A stretch of 64,000 nucleotides of DNA from Thermostichus sp. DRC_bins_24 (GTDB lineage Bacteria > Cyanobacteriota > Cyanobacteriia > Thermostichales > Thermostichaceae): the NCBI GenBank assembly GCA_039794845.1, contig JAUQVK010000112.1:11121-75120 (forward strand), read 5' to 3'. A program made the position numbers and the translations under genes. The notes under the pieces are model-generated. The model had not been told where the DNA came from. It saw nothing but the letters and a program-made list of their open reading frames with translations, and ran no database searches. Positions 62,684 to 64,000 of the stretch are shown here, in pieces; position 1 is the stretch's first letter, and each line of letters opens with the position of its first letter.

Positions 62684-63772
62684 TCAGCTTAATTTTTTAG
62701 CCAAACTGTCAAGCACTACGGTGTTTCCGTCGTAATGACAAAAGACACGTTTTGCATCTAGGTCGGCCCAAGCATCGAACTCGTGGGTTGAACCCGGTAC
62801 TGGATCCCCCTTCAGTGCTTTGAAGTCTAAAGATGGCGGATTATAGTTGGTTTCGACAAAGCAGGCGAGTTGATCAAGTCTCGTATTTAGAATAATGAGA
62901 CGATCACGAGCAATCTTTTCCGCAGTTTTGGAAAAATGAGGGCCAAAATGAATCAATGGAGATATTGACGGAAGTAACTTTTCCCCATAAATATCCTGCT
63001 TACTCTGCTCCCAAACAAGCCTCCCCCATTCTGAAAGCCAGGGTTGACCCTCCATGAATCGAATTAGGGTTTCAGGCAGGTTTGAGGTAGGTTGAACAGG
63101 AAGCTTCTGGCTCAGGCGACGAAATATCTCAAGATGTTCTTGAATTGAGGCTACTGCATCAAGTTTTACTGGCAGACGGGGAATGCGTAGTAGTGTTTCC
63201 GATCGCTCAAACGTATAGATTGTTTCGTCGGCATAAAACATAGCTAGGGTTTGCAGAAATCCTTGGATGCTCTTGAAACCACCAGTGAGATTGAAAATGA
63301 TACGATAATGGGCCTTACGGTAACCTGGAATCGTATCAGAACACCAACTTACTAACTCAGCCAGGGAAAGTTGGAAGGCGTCAGGATCATAAGTTTGTAA
63401 GTCCTTATGTCTTACCAGTTGGACGCTTGCTCCTTGATTTTGCAGCCAGATCTGGATAAGTTTTCCAGTCTCTTCACCCAACCAAGTATCTGTGCAGAGT
63501 AAGACATGTTGATCGGCAGGATCGAATTGAAATTCACAGTAGTGAATCAGGCATTTAAGCTCTGCTGAAAGATCTCTAGCTCTTTGAAGATCTGCAGTAG
63601 AAAGCTCCCCTTTTGCTTGGTTAATCAGTCCTTCTAGATGAGATAGATCTGAAGAGTCAAGAACTTCTCTTGGGCTATTCACATTAGCATATTGACTTAT
63701 CAATTTTCGTTCTTTAGGTGTTGCTAGGTTAGTGAGTGTACTAGTACCACAGGGAGAAAGAAGGAATTTCAT
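62684..63772 (-). CDS. CARF(APE2256-type)-wHTH-RelE effector, Cami1-like
   Basis: SPCGTS, SAEL, NLTGGFK and IYTFE CARF motifs; C-terminal RelE-like LDFKALKG..HEFD..AKRVFCH; AT-rich. Confidence 0.75.
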   Translation of the reverse strand: MKFLLSPCGTSTLTNLATPKERKLISQYANVNSPREVLDSSDLSHLEGLINQAKGELSTADLQRARDLSAELKCLIHYCEFQFDPADQHVLLCTDTWLGEETGKLIQIWLQNQGASVQLVRHKDLQTYDPDAFQLSLAELVSWCSDTIPGYRKAHYRIIFNLTGGFKSIQGFLQTLAMFYADETIYTFERSETLLRIPRLPVKLDAVASIQEHLEIFRRLSQKLPVQPTSNLPETLIRFMEGQPWLSEWGRLVWEQSKQDIYGEKLLPSISPLIHFGPHFSKTAEKIARDRLIILNTRLDQLACFVETNYNPPSLDFKALKGDPVPGSTHEFDAWADLDAKRVFCHYDGNTVVLDSLAKKLS

Positions 63773-63780
63773 GATGCTTC

Positions 63781-64000
63781 CTAGATAGTGGGATTCCGTT
63801 TTAGCCCTCGATCTTTCCAGAGATCCGGCAGAGGATATTTCCTGTCATCATTGCCGCCATTTTCAACAAACCACTTGAAAGCCTCACCATTCGGATTAGG
63901 TGCTCGGTCGGTACGGGGATAATGGATAGGCAGTTGATCGTCAAACCCTTTAGCGCTAGTTAAGAACGCCTTGATAAATGGCACCTGATCAAATTGCCCA
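63781..64000 (-). CDS. C-terminus of a type III CRISPR RAMP (TIGR03986/III-D Cas7-like); start lies outside the window
   Basis: PFIKAFL..PIHYPR..AFKWFVEN..YPLPDLW tail immediately upstream of two CARF effectors. Confidence 0.5.
   Translation of the reverse strand, partial: GQFDQVPFIKAFLTSAKGFDDQLPIHYPRTDRAPNPNGEAFKWFVENGGNDDRKYPLPDLWKDRGLKRNPTI

Noticed and set aside
59147-64000. CRISPR array near the cas genes
   Set aside because: No repeat-spacer periodicity here or anywhere else in the window.

Overview
A 64-kb chromosomal segment of a GC-rich cyanobacterium. The octamer GGGATCCC is pervasive instead of canonical HIP1 (GCGATCGC), which points to a hot-spring Synechococcus/Thermostichus (inference). 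Most of the window is housekeeping: ycf46-type AAA ATPase, argB, lptF/G, ligA, clpX, ktrAB, rnhA, mgtE, intein-containing class II RNR nrdJ, pheS, pipX, PTPS, NurA, tRNA-Thr, ileS, cysC, argD, cobQ, tilS, hrcA, ureA and ureB. The unusual parts are: (1) a collapsed island at 6.4-8.8 kb with a broken beta-propeller gene, a frameshifted ISL3, a type IIG R-M fragment and an orphan integron attC site; (2) the mutually complementary sRNAs Yfr2 and Yfr1 in tandem between ligA and clpX, plus a third Yfr1-like candidate at 23.5 kb; (3) two MITE families with two copies each (one copy carries a nested 24-bp insertion) and an IS200/IS605 right-end remnant; (4) a Na/Pi cotransporter, small protein and orphan PstS module with a candidate Pho box; (5) a 74-aa ORF with a duplicated motif; (6) the 3' end of a type III CRISPR operon with a RAMP tail, an AT-rich CARF-wHTH-RelE (Cami1-like) effector followed by an in-frame relic tail, a Uma2 gene and a CARF-HEPN effector. 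No CRISPR array was seen. Family assignments come from motif recognition by eye; no database searches were run.
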